A DNA stretch of 32,000 bases from Synechococcus sp. A15-28 (GTDB lineage: Bacteria > Cyanobacteriota > Cyanobacteriia > PCC-6307 > Cyanobiaceae). Positions 1 through 8,505 of the stretch are shown here, piece by piece (within the stretch, counting starts at the first letter, position 1; every line of letters starts with the position of its first letter). The notes under the pieces are model-generated. The model did no database searches, had not been told where the DNA came from, and worked only from the letters and a program-made list of their open reading frames with translations. Position numbers and translations under genes: made by a program. The stretch lies in contig NZ_CP047931.1 in NCBI RefSeq assembly GCF_014280175.1, positions 1,260,001 through 1,292,000 on the forward strand, read 5' to 3'.

Positions 1-216
1 CCCACAGAGGAATACGAGCAGTACAAGGACGGAACCCGTTTTTTCTCGATCAAGGAGAACCTGGAAGCTTTCAGCGATGGCGAGGGAATGCAATTCATGC
101 CTTACGCCTCGGAATCCATGGCTGACTTCATGGTGTCGGTCGGATTCATTCCCGAGAAACCGGACATGAGCAACCTGTTCGATTCCAGCTTCATCAAGAA
201 GGTCGCTGACTCCTGA
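1..216 (+). CDS. 3' end of a periplasmic substrate-binding protein gene of an ABC importer (5' end outside window)
   Basis: Frame 1 is open from the window edge to TGA 214-216 (...FSIKENLEAFSDGEGMQFMPYASESMADFMVSVGFIPEKPDMSNLFDSSFIKKVADS*). The stop overlaps the permease ATG (TGATG at 214-218). Role assigned from operon position only. Confidence 0.55.
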   Translation, partial: PTEEYEQYKDGTRFFSIKENLEAFSDGEGMQFMPYASESMADFMVSVGFIPEKPDMSNLFDSSFIKKVADS

Positions 217-1043
217 TGACTGTCACGGCCGCCGCTGCCCACAAGGGGAAGAGCGCAGGGCTCCTCTCTCTGGTCACCCTGGGGGCCACCCCGTCGGGAA
301 CCGTGCGCGGCGGCCTGCAGGTCGCCTCCCTGCTTCTTCCCCTGCTGGCCTGGGCTGCTATCGCCTCACTTGGGCTGGTGGATGAGAAATTTCTGCCGTC
401 TCCAGCGGCTGTTTTCAAGTCCCTGGCCTCCATGGCCGAAAGCGGCATCCTGTTTCAGGACATCGTCGCCAGCACCGGACGCGTCTTCGCCGGATTCCTT
501 CTGGCCACGGTGCTGGCCGTACCGATCGGTATCTGCATGGGGGTTTACCCGGCGATCTGCGCTCTCTGTGAGCCTCTGATCGCCATGCTGCGCTACATGC
601 CGGCAGCCGCGTTCATCCCCCTGCTGATCATCTACCTCGGCATTGGTGAAGAACCCAAGATCGCGTTGATCTTTCTTGGCACGATCTATTTCAACATCCT
701 GATGGTGATGGATGCGGTGAAATTCGTTCCCAAGGAACTCATCGAAACCACCCTGACACTCGGCGGCCGCAGCAGTCAGGTTCTGGTGCAGGTTGTGGCG
801 CGTTACAGCTTGCCGAGCATCATCGACACCCTGCGCATCAACATCGCCACGTCCTGGAATCTCGTGGTGGTGGCTGAGCTTGTGGCAGCCGAAGTGGGTC
901 TGGGCAAACGCATTCAATTGGCCCAGCGTTTCTTCCGCACGGATCAGATCTTTGCCGAGCTGATCGTGCTTGGGCTGATCGGGTTCGCTATCGACATGGG
1001 CTTCCGACTGTTGCTTCGTCTCAGCTGTCGTTGGGCGGTCTGA
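216..1043 (+). CDS. ABC transporter permease, NitT/TauT (nitrate/sulfonate/taurine/cyanate)-like family
   Basis: 275-aa ORF with several hydrophobic spans. The C-terminal half (...TLGGRSSQVLVQVVARYSLPSIIDTLRINIATSWNLVVVAELVAAE...) looks like the conserved cytoplasmic-loop region of this permease family. Start overlaps the upstream stop. Confidence 0.9.
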   Translation: MTVTAAAAHKGKSAGLLSLVTLGATPSGTVRGGLQVASLLLPLLAWAAIASLGLVDEKFLPSPAAVFKSLASMAESGILFQDIVASTGRVFAGFLLATVLAVPIGICMGVYPAICALCEPLIAMLRYMPAAAFIPLLIIYLGIGEEPKIALIFLGTIYFNILMVMDAVKFVPKELIETTLTLGGRSSQVLVQVVARYSLPSIIDTLRINIATSWNLVVVAELVAAEVGLGKRIQLAQRFFRTDQIFAELIVLGLIGFAIDMGFRLLLRLSCRWAV

Positions 1044-1045
1044 CC

Positions 1046-1801
1046 ATGGAACTGAGCGTCCATAACTTATCCAAGCGCTATGGCGACAAAACGATTCTCC
1101 AGGGCATCAATTTCTCGATGCAGTCCGGTGATTTCGTTACCTTCGTCGGCAGCTCAGGTTGTGGCAAGAGCACCCTGCTACGGCTGATTGCAGGTCTCGA
1201 TCAGCCCAGCAGCGGCAGCATCCATGTGGATGGTTCACCGGTTCAAGCGCCGGGCCCGGACCGTGGCATGGTGTTTCAGAAATACAGCCTCTATCCGTGG
1301 CTGAATGCAGCCGATAACGTCGCCTTCGGCATGCGGCTGCAAGGGTTGAAGCCAGCGGACGTGCGCGAGCGCACCGCCTACTTCCTGGAGGTGGTGGGTC
1401 TGCAGGAAGCCGCCACCAAACTCCCGCGGGAACTCTCCGGTGGCATGCAGCAACGGGTGGCCATCGCCCGAGCCTTGGCCACCAATCCAAGCGTGCTTCT
1501 CCTTGATGAACCCTTTGGTGCTCTGGACCTCCAGATTCGGGAAACCATGCAGGATTTCCTGCTCAAACTCTGGCAACGTACGGGTCTGACCGTGCTTCTG
1601 ATCACCCACGATGTGGAGGAAGCCCTCGTCCTGGCTCAACGGGTTTACGTGCTGGCACCAAACCCCGGCCGCATCATCCGCTCCCTCGACGTGAACCTGA
1701 ACAAAGGCGATCTGGACAAGCTCCGCCTCAGCGGTGAGTTCCTGCAGCTGCGCCGCAGCCTTTCAGGATCGCTGCGTCAGCTGGAATCAACCGTGGGTTG
1801 A
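1046..1801 (+). CDS. ABC transporter ATP-binding protein (NitT/TauT-like)
   Basis: Walker A GSSGCGKST, signature LSGGMQQR, Walker B LLLDEPFGALD, H-loop ITHD. ATG 1046 lies 2 nt after the permease stop; the track ORF starts at an upstream TTG (1031). Confidence 0.95.
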   Translation: MELSVHNLSKRYGDKTILQGINFSMQSGDFVTFVGSSGCGKSTLLRLIAGLDQPSSGSIHVDGSPVQAPGPDRGMVFQKYSLYPWLNAADNVAFGMRLQGLKPADVRERTAYFLEVVGLQEAATKLPRELSGGMQQRVAIARALATNPSVLLLDEPFGALDLQIRETMQDFLLKLWQRTGLTVLLITHDVEEALVLAQRVYVLAPNPGRIIRSLDVNLNKGDLDKLRLSGEFLQLRRSLSGSLRQLESTVG

Positions 1802-2826
1802 TGGCGCCAAACGAATTTCTGCCTTCGCACATCTACTGCACGGAGACATCACATCGTTGGGATCGAAGCCAATACGCCGGTCACTGGTGGCATCCTGTCG
1901 GCAGCGCCTGGGATCTCCAACCAGGGCACAGCCTGGCGGTCCAGCTGCTGGGGCAACAGCTGCTGCTGACGCGACCAGATGAAGGCCCGCCAATGGCCTT
2001 CCGCAACCGTTGCCCCCATCGGGGTGTTGCATTCGCCATTGACGGCCGTATCCCAACCCGGTGTCGACGTCTGATCTGCCCTTATCACGGCTGGACCTAC
2101 AACCTCCGAGGCGAGCTTCTTGCTGCAGCGAGGGAACAAACCATGCTCACGGGATTCGAGCGCAGTGAGTGGAATCTCGAGCCTTTGCCCTGCCAAGTGG
2201 ATGGTCCATTGATCTGGGTGGCCTTGAACTCGTCTGCTGTTCCGATCAATCAGCAGCTGAGGCAATTACATCAGGAGGTCGATCAAGCCTGGAGGAAGCC
2301 GCTGGTTCAGGTGGGAAGTGACAGTCAGCTGCTGAAATGCAACTGGAAAATCGCCCACGACAACACCCTCGACGACTATCACGTCGCCATTGCCCATCCA
2401 ACGACGTTGCATCGTGAGCAGGGCCCCGTACGCCATTACACCCACCGCTTCAGTGAATTCAGCAACCTGCTGGTGACCCCCCATCCCGACGGTGGTGAGT
2501 TCTTCACCTTCGGGATTCCGCCATGGACTCATGTTCTGGTCTGGCCGGATGAGCGCATCGTCCTTCTGGAGTTTCTGCCTGAACAAGCCACCAGCTGTCG
2601 AATGCAGATGCGCCTGTTTGCTCCACCGGAATCCCTCTCCACGATTCATGCCGACCAATGGCTCGCCGACATGAGGTCCTTTCTGAACGAAGACCGCGTC
2701 TTGGTGGAATCAGCCCAACTGGGTTACAGCACAGGACTCAAGCCCGGTCCTGCCCACAGGCTGGAGCGGCGGATTCTCCATTGGCAGGCGATCTATCGAT
2801 CGCTCAACCCTTCAGCTCTTGCCTGA
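1801..2826 (+). CDS. Rieske [2Fe-2S] non-heme-iron oxygenase, alpha-subunit-like
   Basis: Rieske ligands CPHRG...CPYHGW. Mononuclear iron motif DDYHVAIAH in the C-terminal catalytic half. ATG 1801 overlaps the ATPase stop TGA 1799-1801. Confidence 0.85.
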   Translation: MAPNEFLPSHIYCTETSHRWDRSQYAGHWWHPVGSAWDLQPGHSLAVQLLGQQLLLTRPDEGPPMAFRNRCPHRGVAFAIDGRIPTRCRRLICPYHGWTYNLRGELLAAAREQTMLTGFERSEWNLEPLPCQVDGPLIWVALNSSAVPINQQLRQLHQEVDQAWRKPLVQVGSDSQLLKCNWKIAHDNTLDDYHVAIAHPTTLHREQGPVRHYTHRFSEFSNLLVTPHPDGGEFFTFGIPPWTHVLVWPDERIVLLEFLPEQATSCRMQMRLFAPPESLSTIHADQWLADMRSFLNEDRVLVESAQLGYSTGLKPGPAHRLERRILHWQAIYRSLNPSALA

Positions 2827-3634
2827 GCCAGGTGGCCATCTGCCGGTTGAGGGTCTCGACATCAGCCACCGGTTCAGCACTGAAGGGCTTGAGCGGCATG
2901 TAGGCATCAGGCCCGAATTCCGGAGTGACAGTGATGGCAGCCTCCCCAGGATCATGTGACTCCAGGAACAATTGCCAGCAGGAGCGATGGGCCTCCAAGG
3001 CTTCGGCCCACTCCGGTGCGAAAGGGTGACTGACAGACGGACCCTGGGCATGACCCACCCGCGCGTGAATGTGGTCAACCCGTCTGGCCATGGCCTGCAC
3101 CGGTGGCAGATCAGGGGTCATCAACCGCTCGGCAACACAACACCAATGGCTTAGGTCAGCCGTGAGCCGCATCCTGGGATGACGCTCCAGCCACAACGGC
3201 ATGGCCCAGGGGTTGGCCAGGCTGCGGCTGCGATGGGTTTCCAACATCACGGCACAGGGAACGGTGTCGATGCGATCGAGTACGTCCTCGAAAAAACCAT
3301 GCTGTGTGGTCTCCGACCAGCTGTCGCTGCCGATGATCAGATTGATCTTGAGCGGTTCAAGGGCAAGGGCACGACCCAGCAAATTTTCAAGCTGTTGGAG
3401 ATGCCGTTGGGGACCATCGGCCAGATCCGGGGTGTAGTCGCCACCAGTGGTGATCTCCAGAATCAGCACCAGCCCATGAGCGCTGAGCAACTGCCGAACC
3501 TCCGCTGCATCCAACCCCTGCAGGCAGGGATGCATCACATTGCATTCGAGACCATCAAATCCATGGGTTGAGGCCTGCTCGGCTGCAGACCGAAGCGATT
3601 CAGACCAGCCCCAGAGGGATTGCAGTACCAACAC
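2804..3634 (-). CDS. Sugar phosphate isomerase/epimerase-like protein (xylose-isomerase-type TIM barrel)
   Basis: Track ORF 2804..3718. The body (GFDGLECN, VMLETHRS, HIHARVGHAQGP) resembles this TIM-barrel family. The first ~28 codons of the track ORF overlap a better small ORF in another frame, so GTG 3634 (or TTG 3631) is preferred as start. The 3' end overlaps the Rieske gene by 23 nt (convergent). Confidence 0.7.
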   Translation of the reverse strand: MLVLQSLWGWSESLRSAAEQASTHGFDGLECNVMHPCLQGLDAAEVRQLLSAHGLVLILEITTGGDYTPDLADGPQRHLQQLENLLGRALALEPLKINLIIGSDSWSETTQHGFFEDVLDRIDTVPCAVMLETHRSRSLANPWAMPLWLERHPRMRLTADLSHWCCVAERLMTPDLPPVQAMARRVDHIHARVGHAQGPSVSHPFAPEWAEALEAHRSCWQLFLESHDPGEAAITVTPEFGPDAYMPLKPFSAEPVADVETLNRQMATWLRQELKG

Positions 3635-3638
3635 GACG

Positions 3639-3767
3639 TCAGTGCTCGTCGGTGAACAGGTGCGGTTGGATGCCGAGATAGATGGCCTCTCGAAACAACG
3701 CCCGTTTCGCTTTGGCATCGCTGCGCTTCTGAGCCTCGCTGAAGCGGATCTGCAGGGAGAAGATCAT
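3639..3767 (-). CDS. Small hypothetical protein, 42 aa (below ORF-track cutoff)
   Basis: MIFSLQIRFSEAQKRSDAKAKRALFREAIYLGIQPHLFTDEH*. GGAGG lies 3 nt upstream of the ATG. The stop lies 4 nt before the GTG of the downstream isomerase gene. Confidence 0.35.
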   Translation of the reverse strand: MIFSLQIRFSEAQKRSDAKAKRALFREAIYLGIQPHLFTDEH

Positions 3768-3857
3768 CGTCCTCCTTCTGGCATCAGGGCGGTCTGCGCT
3801 GTCCAAGGTAGGCCTGATTCTCCCGCAATTATGAGGAGAGATCCGGTGTCGAAGCGA

Positions 3858-3968
3858 TCAAGGCTCCGGCTGCTTCTGCTTCCACCTCTCAAAAAGCACC
3901 GCCACCGCCAGGGAAATGGCGACGGCGATGCCGGCACCGATGCACACCACCCCGAACTCCACCGGCAT
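3858..3968 (-). CDS. Small single-pass membrane peptide, 36 aa
   Basis: MPVEFGVVCIGAGIAVAISLAVAVLFERWKQKQPEP*: a hydrophobic span followed by a basic tail. Sits between the J-domain gene and the 42-aa ORF on the same strand. No clear RBS. Confidence 0.3.
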   Translation of the reverse strand: MPVEFGVVCIGAGIAVAISLAVAVLFERWKQKQPEP

Positions 3969-4007
3969 CAATCCATTGCCATCGCCAAGCCATCATCGTT
4001 GAAGGCA

Positions 4008-4715
4008 TCAGCTCACCAACCGCTGGTAGGCCTCGTTCACCCGCCGAAACGCCTCGGCCGATCCGCCCATGTCCGGATGGTGCTGCTTCACCAGACGACG
4101 GTGGGCTCGCTTGATCGCCTCAGCGGACGCCCCGACCTTCAGACCGAGCACCGCCAGGGCATCAGCGCAGGAATCACCGGCGGGACGACGGGAACCTCGC
4201 AGACGTTGGCGTAACTCCTCCACCACGCGGCGAGGATCTTCATCCAGCCATTCACTGGCCCGGACGCCATAGAGGGCAAAGGCCGCCAGGACAGTGAGGT
4301 CCCCCAGCGATGGCGGCTGGGCCACCGCCGCCAGCAGATCGGTCCCGAGACCAGCCACCAACCGGTCCAGCCGTTGCTGCAGATTGAGATTCGCGGGGAA
4401 GCCGCGCCGATTGAGCTTCTCGATCAAGGCCTCCAGACCAGCCTGATCAAGCCCGTTCCAGCCGGGTTGCTGGGCTAGTGCCTCCCCCCAGCGCTGCACC
4501 TGCACCCGACGAATCAGGTTCATGGTCGGTTCAGGTCGGGGGCGCTGCTGCCGCCGCAATCGCTCCAGCTCCCGTCGCGTCCGCTGCAGCTCTCGCCGCA
4601 GCGCATCGTTCTCCGCCAGCAAGGCCTCGACGTTGGAGGTCACCCGCTGATCACGGCTGAAGGTCGCGGACTCCTCCGGTGGGCTGCCGGTCCATTGACG
4701 GGGATCAAAACCCAC
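4008..4715 (-). CDS. J-domain (DnaJ-like) protein with C-terminal J domain
   Basis: C-terminus DALAVLGLKVGASAEAIKRAHRRLVKQHHPDMGGSAEAFRRVNEAYQRLVS contains the HPD tripeptide. Arg/Glu-rich coiled-coil-like N-terminal part. GTG start. Confidence 0.85.
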   Translation of the reverse strand: MGFDPRQWTGSPPEESATFSRDQRVTSNVEALLAENDALRRELQRTRRELERLRRQQRPRPEPTMNLIRRVQVQRWGEALAQQPGWNGLDQAGLEALIEKLNRRGFPANLNLQQRLDRLVAGLGTDLLAAVAQPPSLGDLTVLAAFALYGVRASEWLDEDPRRVVEELRQRLRGSRRPAGDSCADALAVLGLKVGASAEAIKRAHRRLVKQHHPDMGGSAEAFRRVNEAYQRLVS

Positions 4716-4733
4716 AGCACCCCTCAGATCGAC

Positions 4734-5399
4734 TCACCATGGCAGCACCTGGCCGTTGGCATGCCAGAAGCCGCCACTGGTTTCCAACTTCAACGCTTCG
4801 ATTCGGGCCAGAAGGCCCTGAACGGCGTCCGCCGGATCAATGCCGTTGGGGTTGAAGCGGATCATGCCGGTGCGCACCAGTCCGGGGTGCAGGATCGCCA
4901 CGGCGATCCCCCGAGGCCTCAGATCGATTGCCAATGATTTACCGGCAATGTTCAAGGCCACCTTGGACATCCGGTAGCCGTAGGAGCCCCCCGAGGTGTT
5001 GTCGTCGATCGACCCCATGCGACTGGTCATCAGAACCAGCTTGCTGCCGCGCGGCATCTGCGGCACCAGGGCGCGGGCCAACAGCAAAGGGGCCAAGGCA
5101 TTCACCTCGAACTGACGTCGAATGGCCTCCGGGTCCAGATCATCCAGTCCCATGGAGTGCAGGATGCCGGCATTGAGAATCACACCGTCGAGGGGACACC
5201 CCGCCAGACGGCGCACCAGTTCCGCGATCGATGATTCCTCACTGAGTTCGATGCCGGCTTCGATCCGCACCCCCAACGACTCCAGCTCAGGGCTGACCGT
5301 TCGGCAGACGGCAATCACCGCATCACCACGGGCCTGAAGTTGCCGGCAGTAGGCCAGTCCGATGCCGCGGTTGGCCCCTGTCACGAGGTACGTCGTCAT
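4734..5399 (-). CDS. Short-chain dehydrogenase/reductase (SDR)
   Basis: N-terminal TGANRGIGLA (TGxxxGxG), NAG motif (LNAGIL) and catalytic YRMSK (YxxxK). Confidence 0.9.
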   Translation of the reverse strand: MTTYLVTGANRGIGLAYCRQLQARGDAVIAVCRTVSPELESLGVRIEAGIELSEESSIAELVRRLAGCPLDGVILNAGILHSMGLDDLDPEAIRRQFEVNALAPLLLARALVPQMPRGSKLVLMTSRMGSIDDNTSGGSYGYRMSKVALNIAGKSLAIDLRPRGIAVAILHPGLVRTGMIRFNPNGIDPADAVQGLLARIEALKLETSGGFWHANGQVLPW

Positions 5400-5638
5400 C
5401 CGGTGTTGGAGTTTCAGCCGTGTCTAGCCTGAAGCTGAACTCCGGGTCGAGGCCCAGGCGAGACATCTCATTGGCCACATTGCAGAGCTCGAATCGCGGT
5501 TAGCTCACCCGCAGCACTGGACCGAAGGGGAAAACACCAAAAACACGGAGAAACTGAGGCAACTTAGGTTCGAGCTGCGTCGACGACAGGCACTGGGTGA
5601 GCAGGACCCTCTGGAGGAGGCCCCCTGACCTTCCGGCT

Positions 5639-5866
5639 TCAGTGATAGCGACCGGGATATTCCCCCGGATGATCAACGCGTGTGACGCGAACCCCTGCTT
5701 CGTGCTGGCCATCGAGCAGCAGCAGGTCACTGCCCGACACGGCATAACCGAGCTCCTGGGCCAGCATCGCCACCTCATCAGCCGTGATCGCGGCCTGCAC
5801 CTGAGCCTGAAGCCGTGGATCGCGGCTCAGATGCTGAAGAAACGCTTGCACCGGTGACGACGCCAT
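5639..5866 (-). CDS. Nif11-domain small protein / Nif11-type leader-like peptide, 75 aa
   Basis: MASSPVQAFLQHLSRDPRLQAQVQAAITADEVAMLAQELGYAVSGSDLL... matches the Nif11 N-terminal domain pattern (xxLxAFLxxxxxDxxLQxxxxxAxxxxxxxxxAxxxGFxxxxxDL). The internal ATG 5866 is preferred over the longer track ORF (5980). Confidence 0.7.
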   Translation of the reverse strand: MASSPVQAFLQHLSRDPRLQAQVQAAITADEVAMLAQELGYAVSGSDLLLLDGQHEAGVRVTRVDHPGEYPGRYH

Positions 5867-5982
5867 GGCGCAGGTCTGCAGGAGAGCAATATTTTCGCCC
5901 AGCAGAGTGATTTCGATCTGCAAATCAGTTCCGGACGGATGTCCCCCTGACGCCGTAGATCGTTCGGAGCCGCGCTCCATCG

Positions 5983-6147
5983 ATGGACGCCATCAGCCGC
6001 ATCTGCGCCACCTCCAAGGGATCAACCATTGATGCCATTGGCCATGGTCGTTATCGGGTCTGCAACCGCAACGCCATCTGCTCCGAGGTGGAAGGTCTCT
6101 GGCAGGCCTACGAAATACTGCGCCAACAGGAACAACAGCTGTCCTGA
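5983..6147 (+). CDS. Small hypothetical protein, 54 aa, 3 Cys
   Basis: MDAISRICATSKGSTIDAIGHGRYRVCNRNAICSEVEGLWQAYEILRQQEQQLS*. Divergent from the Nif11-like gene, below the track cutoff, with protein-like composition. Confidence 0.35.
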   Translation: MDAISRICATSKGSTIDAIGHGRYRVCNRNAICSEVEGLWQAYEILRQQEQQLS

Positions 6148-6249
6148 TCACGAATCGGCATCGACCTGTAAAGCGATCCCGAAGAGATCTGCACAGATCA
6201 GGAGCAAAGGCTTCACCGCCACGAGCGTGAAGCCTGCGGCACGAATGCC

Positions 6250-6456
6250 ATGTTCATCATTGAAGGTCTCACCGACAACGGCTGGAGTTTCGAAGCCCGC
6301 CACGACAGTCGCGACAATGCCTTCTGGCATGCCCGCGCCAAAAGTGATGCCACCGGCCGCACCTTTCGTTTAATCAGTCAGGACCAACAGATGGTCTGCC
6401 TTTTGACGTCAAAGGGTTCGGAATGCTGGGCCATGGAGTCGGACTTGGTCGCCTGA
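6250..6456 (+). CDS. Small hypothetical protein, family C copy 1 (68 aa)
   Basis: MFIIEGLTDNGWSFEARHDSRDNAFWHARAKSDATGRTFRLIS... aligns with the product of 9751..9933 (AFxxARxKSxATxRT[FY]R[LI][IV]). A terminator follows at 6553-6580. Confidence 0.6.
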   Translation: MFIIEGLTDNGWSFEARHDSRDNAFWHARAKSDATGRTFRLISQDQQMVCLLTSKGSECWAMESDLVA

Positions 6457-6552
6457 CCCAATCAACTCCGGATAAGTAACAACACTTACAGCCCCAACCA
6501 AGCCTGTCGGTAACACTGTGAACACCCCGGTGAGGGGTATGCGTCGATTGAC

Positions 6553-6580
6553 GGGAGGGCCTGGGAACCCCTCCTTTTTT
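6553..6580 (+). terminator. Rho-independent terminator candidate
   Basis: GGAGGG (6554-6559) pairs with CCCTCC (6569-6574) around a 9-nt loop and is followed by TTTTTT (6575-6580). Confidence 0.65.
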
Positions 6581-6637
6581 GTGCCTGAAGCTGGAAATCA
6601 GCGCTATGGATTGAGCTCCCCTTGGCGCCTCGGCCCG

Positions 6638-8140
6638 ATGTCCGACCTTCCGCCCATCTGCGGCCGTGAAGCTGAGCTGATGCAGCTGATGCAGCAACAG
6701 CCACCGCTCTGGCGTGACCACAGCAACCTTGATCTGCGTGCCATCCGCTCGGGATTCGCCTGTGCGCTGCACATGCATCAACCCACCATTCCTGCAGGAG
6801 CGAATGGCGCCCTGATCTCCCATCTCCAGTACATGGCGGAGCATCAGGGGGAGGGAGACAACCACAACGCTGAACCCTTCGCCCAGTGCTATCGCCGTCT
6901 CGCGGATCTGATCCCTGATCTCATCAGCCAGGGCTGCAACCCGCGAATCATGCTCGATTACTCGGGAAACCTGCTCTGGGGCGTGGGGCAGATGGGCCGT
7001 GAGGACATCACCGGAGCCCTGAACCATCTCGCCTGCGATCCCGAGATGCAGCGCCATGTGGAGTGGCTGGGAACCTTCTGGAGTCATGCCGTGGCTCCAT
7101 CCACGCCGATTCCCGATCTGAAGCTGCAGATCATCGCGTGGCAGCACCAGTTCGCGGAGATGTTCGGGGATGACGCGTTGCAGCGGGTGAGGGGTTTCTC
7201 ACCACCGGAGATGCATCTCCCCAACCATCCCGACACGCTCTACCAGTTCATCCTGGCCCTGAAGCAGTGCGGCTACCGGTGGCTGCTGGTGCAGGAACAC
7301 AGTGTTGAAACCCTTGAAGGGAGGGCTTTGCCACAGGAGCAGAAATACGTGCCGAACCGGCTGATGGCACGCAACAGTGCCGGGGAGACCATCGGCATCA
7401 CGGCCCTGATCAAAACCCAGGGCTCCGACACCAAACTCGTTGGCCAGATGCAACCTTGCTACGAGGCGATGGGGCTGGAACGCACAACGCTGGCGGGGCA
7501 GGAGATTCCCCCGCTGGTGAGCCAGATCGCCGACGGCGAAAACGGTGGCGTGATGATGAATGAATTCCCGCCCGCCTACCGCCAGGCCAACGAACGCATC
7601 CGGGGGGAGGGCAACGGCACCGCGGCCATCAACGGCACGGAATACCTGGAGTTGTTGGAGGCTGCAGGCATCACCAGCGAGGCGTTTCCCCCCATACAGG
7701 CGGTGCATCAGCAGAGGCTTTGGCAGGCCGTCGGCGACGCGATCAACCCGGAGACGGTCGAATCAGCCATTCAAAAGCTGGAGTCAGCCGGGGATGGTTT
7801 CTCGATGGAGGGGGCGTCCTGGACCAGCAACCTCAGCTGGGTCGCTGGTTACGACAACGTGCTCGAACCCATGAACGACCTGAGCGCTCGCTTCCATCAG
7901 CATTTCGATGCTGCGGTCGAGGACGATCCAGCCCTGACGGGCAGTCGCCGCTACCAAGACGCCCTGCTGCACCTGCTGTTGCTGGAGACCAGCTGCTTTC
8001 GCTACTGGGGGCAAGGCGTCTGGACCGACTACGCCAGAACGCTTTTTCGTCGTGGGGAGATTTTGTTGCAGCGGATGCCCCACGACAGTCCAGAGACGGC
8101 AGACTCCACAGACAATGACCCTCTGAAGAATCCCAGATGA
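6638..8140 (+). CDS. Glycoside hydrolase family 57-like protein
   Basis: HMHQP motif near the N-terminus (FACALHMHQPTIP), typical of GH57 enzymes, in a ~500-aa product. ATG 6638 is chosen because the longer track ORF (6518) would include the terminator at 6553-6580. Confidence 0.8.
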   Translation: MSDLPPICGREAELMQLMQQQPPLWRDHSNLDLRAIRSGFACALHMHQPTIPAGANGALISHLQYMAEHQGEGDNHNAEPFAQCYRRLADLIPDLISQGCNPRIMLDYSGNLLWGVGQMGREDITGALNHLACDPEMQRHVEWLGTFWSHAVAPSTPIPDLKLQIIAWQHQFAEMFGDDALQRVRGFSPPEMHLPNHPDTLYQFILALKQCGYRWLLVQEHSVETLEGRALPQEQKYVPNRLMARNSAGETIGITALIKTQGSDTKLVGQMQPCYEAMGLERTTLAGQEIPPLVSQIADGENGGVMMNEFPPAYRQANERIRGEGNGTAAINGTEYLELLEAAGITSEAFPPIQAVHQQRLWQAVGDAINPETVESAIQKLESAGDGFSMEGASWTSNLSWVAGYDNVLEPMNDLSARFHQHFDAAVEDDPALTGSRRYQDALLHLLLLETSCFRYWGQGVWTDYARTLFRRGEILLQRMPHDSPETADSTDNDPLKNPR

Positions 8141-8310
8141 CCTATGAACCGGGCAGCGCGGAATGCCGTGTGTTGATCCGCAGCAAAGAGCAGATCGAAA
8201 CCATGCTGCTGGATTTGGGCAAATTGGATGGCACAGACCTGCTGTTGCAGCAGCTCCGCCAGGTGCACAGTCAACTGGAGGACCTTCACGACCTGCGTCG
8301 GGCCTCCTGA
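8137..8310 (+). CDS. Small hypothetical protein, 57 aa, translationally coupled to the GH57 gene
   Basis: ATG 8137-8139 overlaps the GH57 stop 8138-8140 (ATGA). MTYEPGSAECRVLIRSKEQIETMLLDLGKLDGTDLLLQQLRQVHSQLEDLHDLRRAS*, predicted helical. Confidence 0.45.
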   Translation: MTYEPGSAECRVLIRSKEQIETMLLDLGKLDGTDLLLQQLRQVHSQLEDLHDLRRAS

Positions 8311-8378
8311 TCAATCATGAGAACGGGCGTTCACATCCCGTTACACTCCGCTAGTCTGATCGCAGAAGGCTTCATTTC

Positions 8379-8501
8379 ATGGGCGACTACTCCACCGCCA
8401 TCGTCGCCACCCTCGTCGTGACGGTCGTGCTGACCGGTGCGACTGTGTTTGCGTTGATGCAGCCATCGGACCTGCCCGTGACGAAACGGGACGAGGATTA
8501 A
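8379..8501 (+). CDS. Mini membrane peptide, 40 aa
   Basis: MGDYSTAIVATLVVTVVLTGATVFALMQPSDLPVTKRDED*: one hydrophobic span and a charged tail. Followed 4 nt later by a second mini-ORF. Confidence 0.35.
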   Translation: MGDYSTAIVATLVVTVVLTGATVFALMQPSDLPVTKRDED

Positions 8502-8505
8502 TTCA

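Noticed and set aside
5560-5585. GGTTCGAGC (also GGTTCAATCC at 24715-24724), resembling tRNA T-loops
   Set aside because: No complementary T-stem, acceptor stem or anticodon arm can be drawn around either site. No tRNA is present in the window.
5867-5980. N-terminal 38-codon extension of the Nif11-like ORF
   Set aside because: The Nif11 domain starts at the internal Met (MASSPVQAFL), and the upstream residues have no counterpart in this family.
6518-6637. N-terminal 40-codon extension of the GH57 ORF
   Set aside because: The extension contains a stem-loop plus T6 terminator (6553-6580), and its sequence (NTPVRGMRRLTGGPGNPSFF) is not protein-like.
6374-7147. 257-aa minus-strand ORF opposite GH57. 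Similar long antisense ORFs lie at 366-917, 3540-4214, 10662-11324, 12873-13406, 20280-20834, 20657-21298, 21830-22354, 27018-27851 and 31267-31962.
   Set aside because: Each lies opposite a gene with strong motif evidence and has the Arg/Gly/His/Pro-rich low-complexity composition expected of antisense frames.
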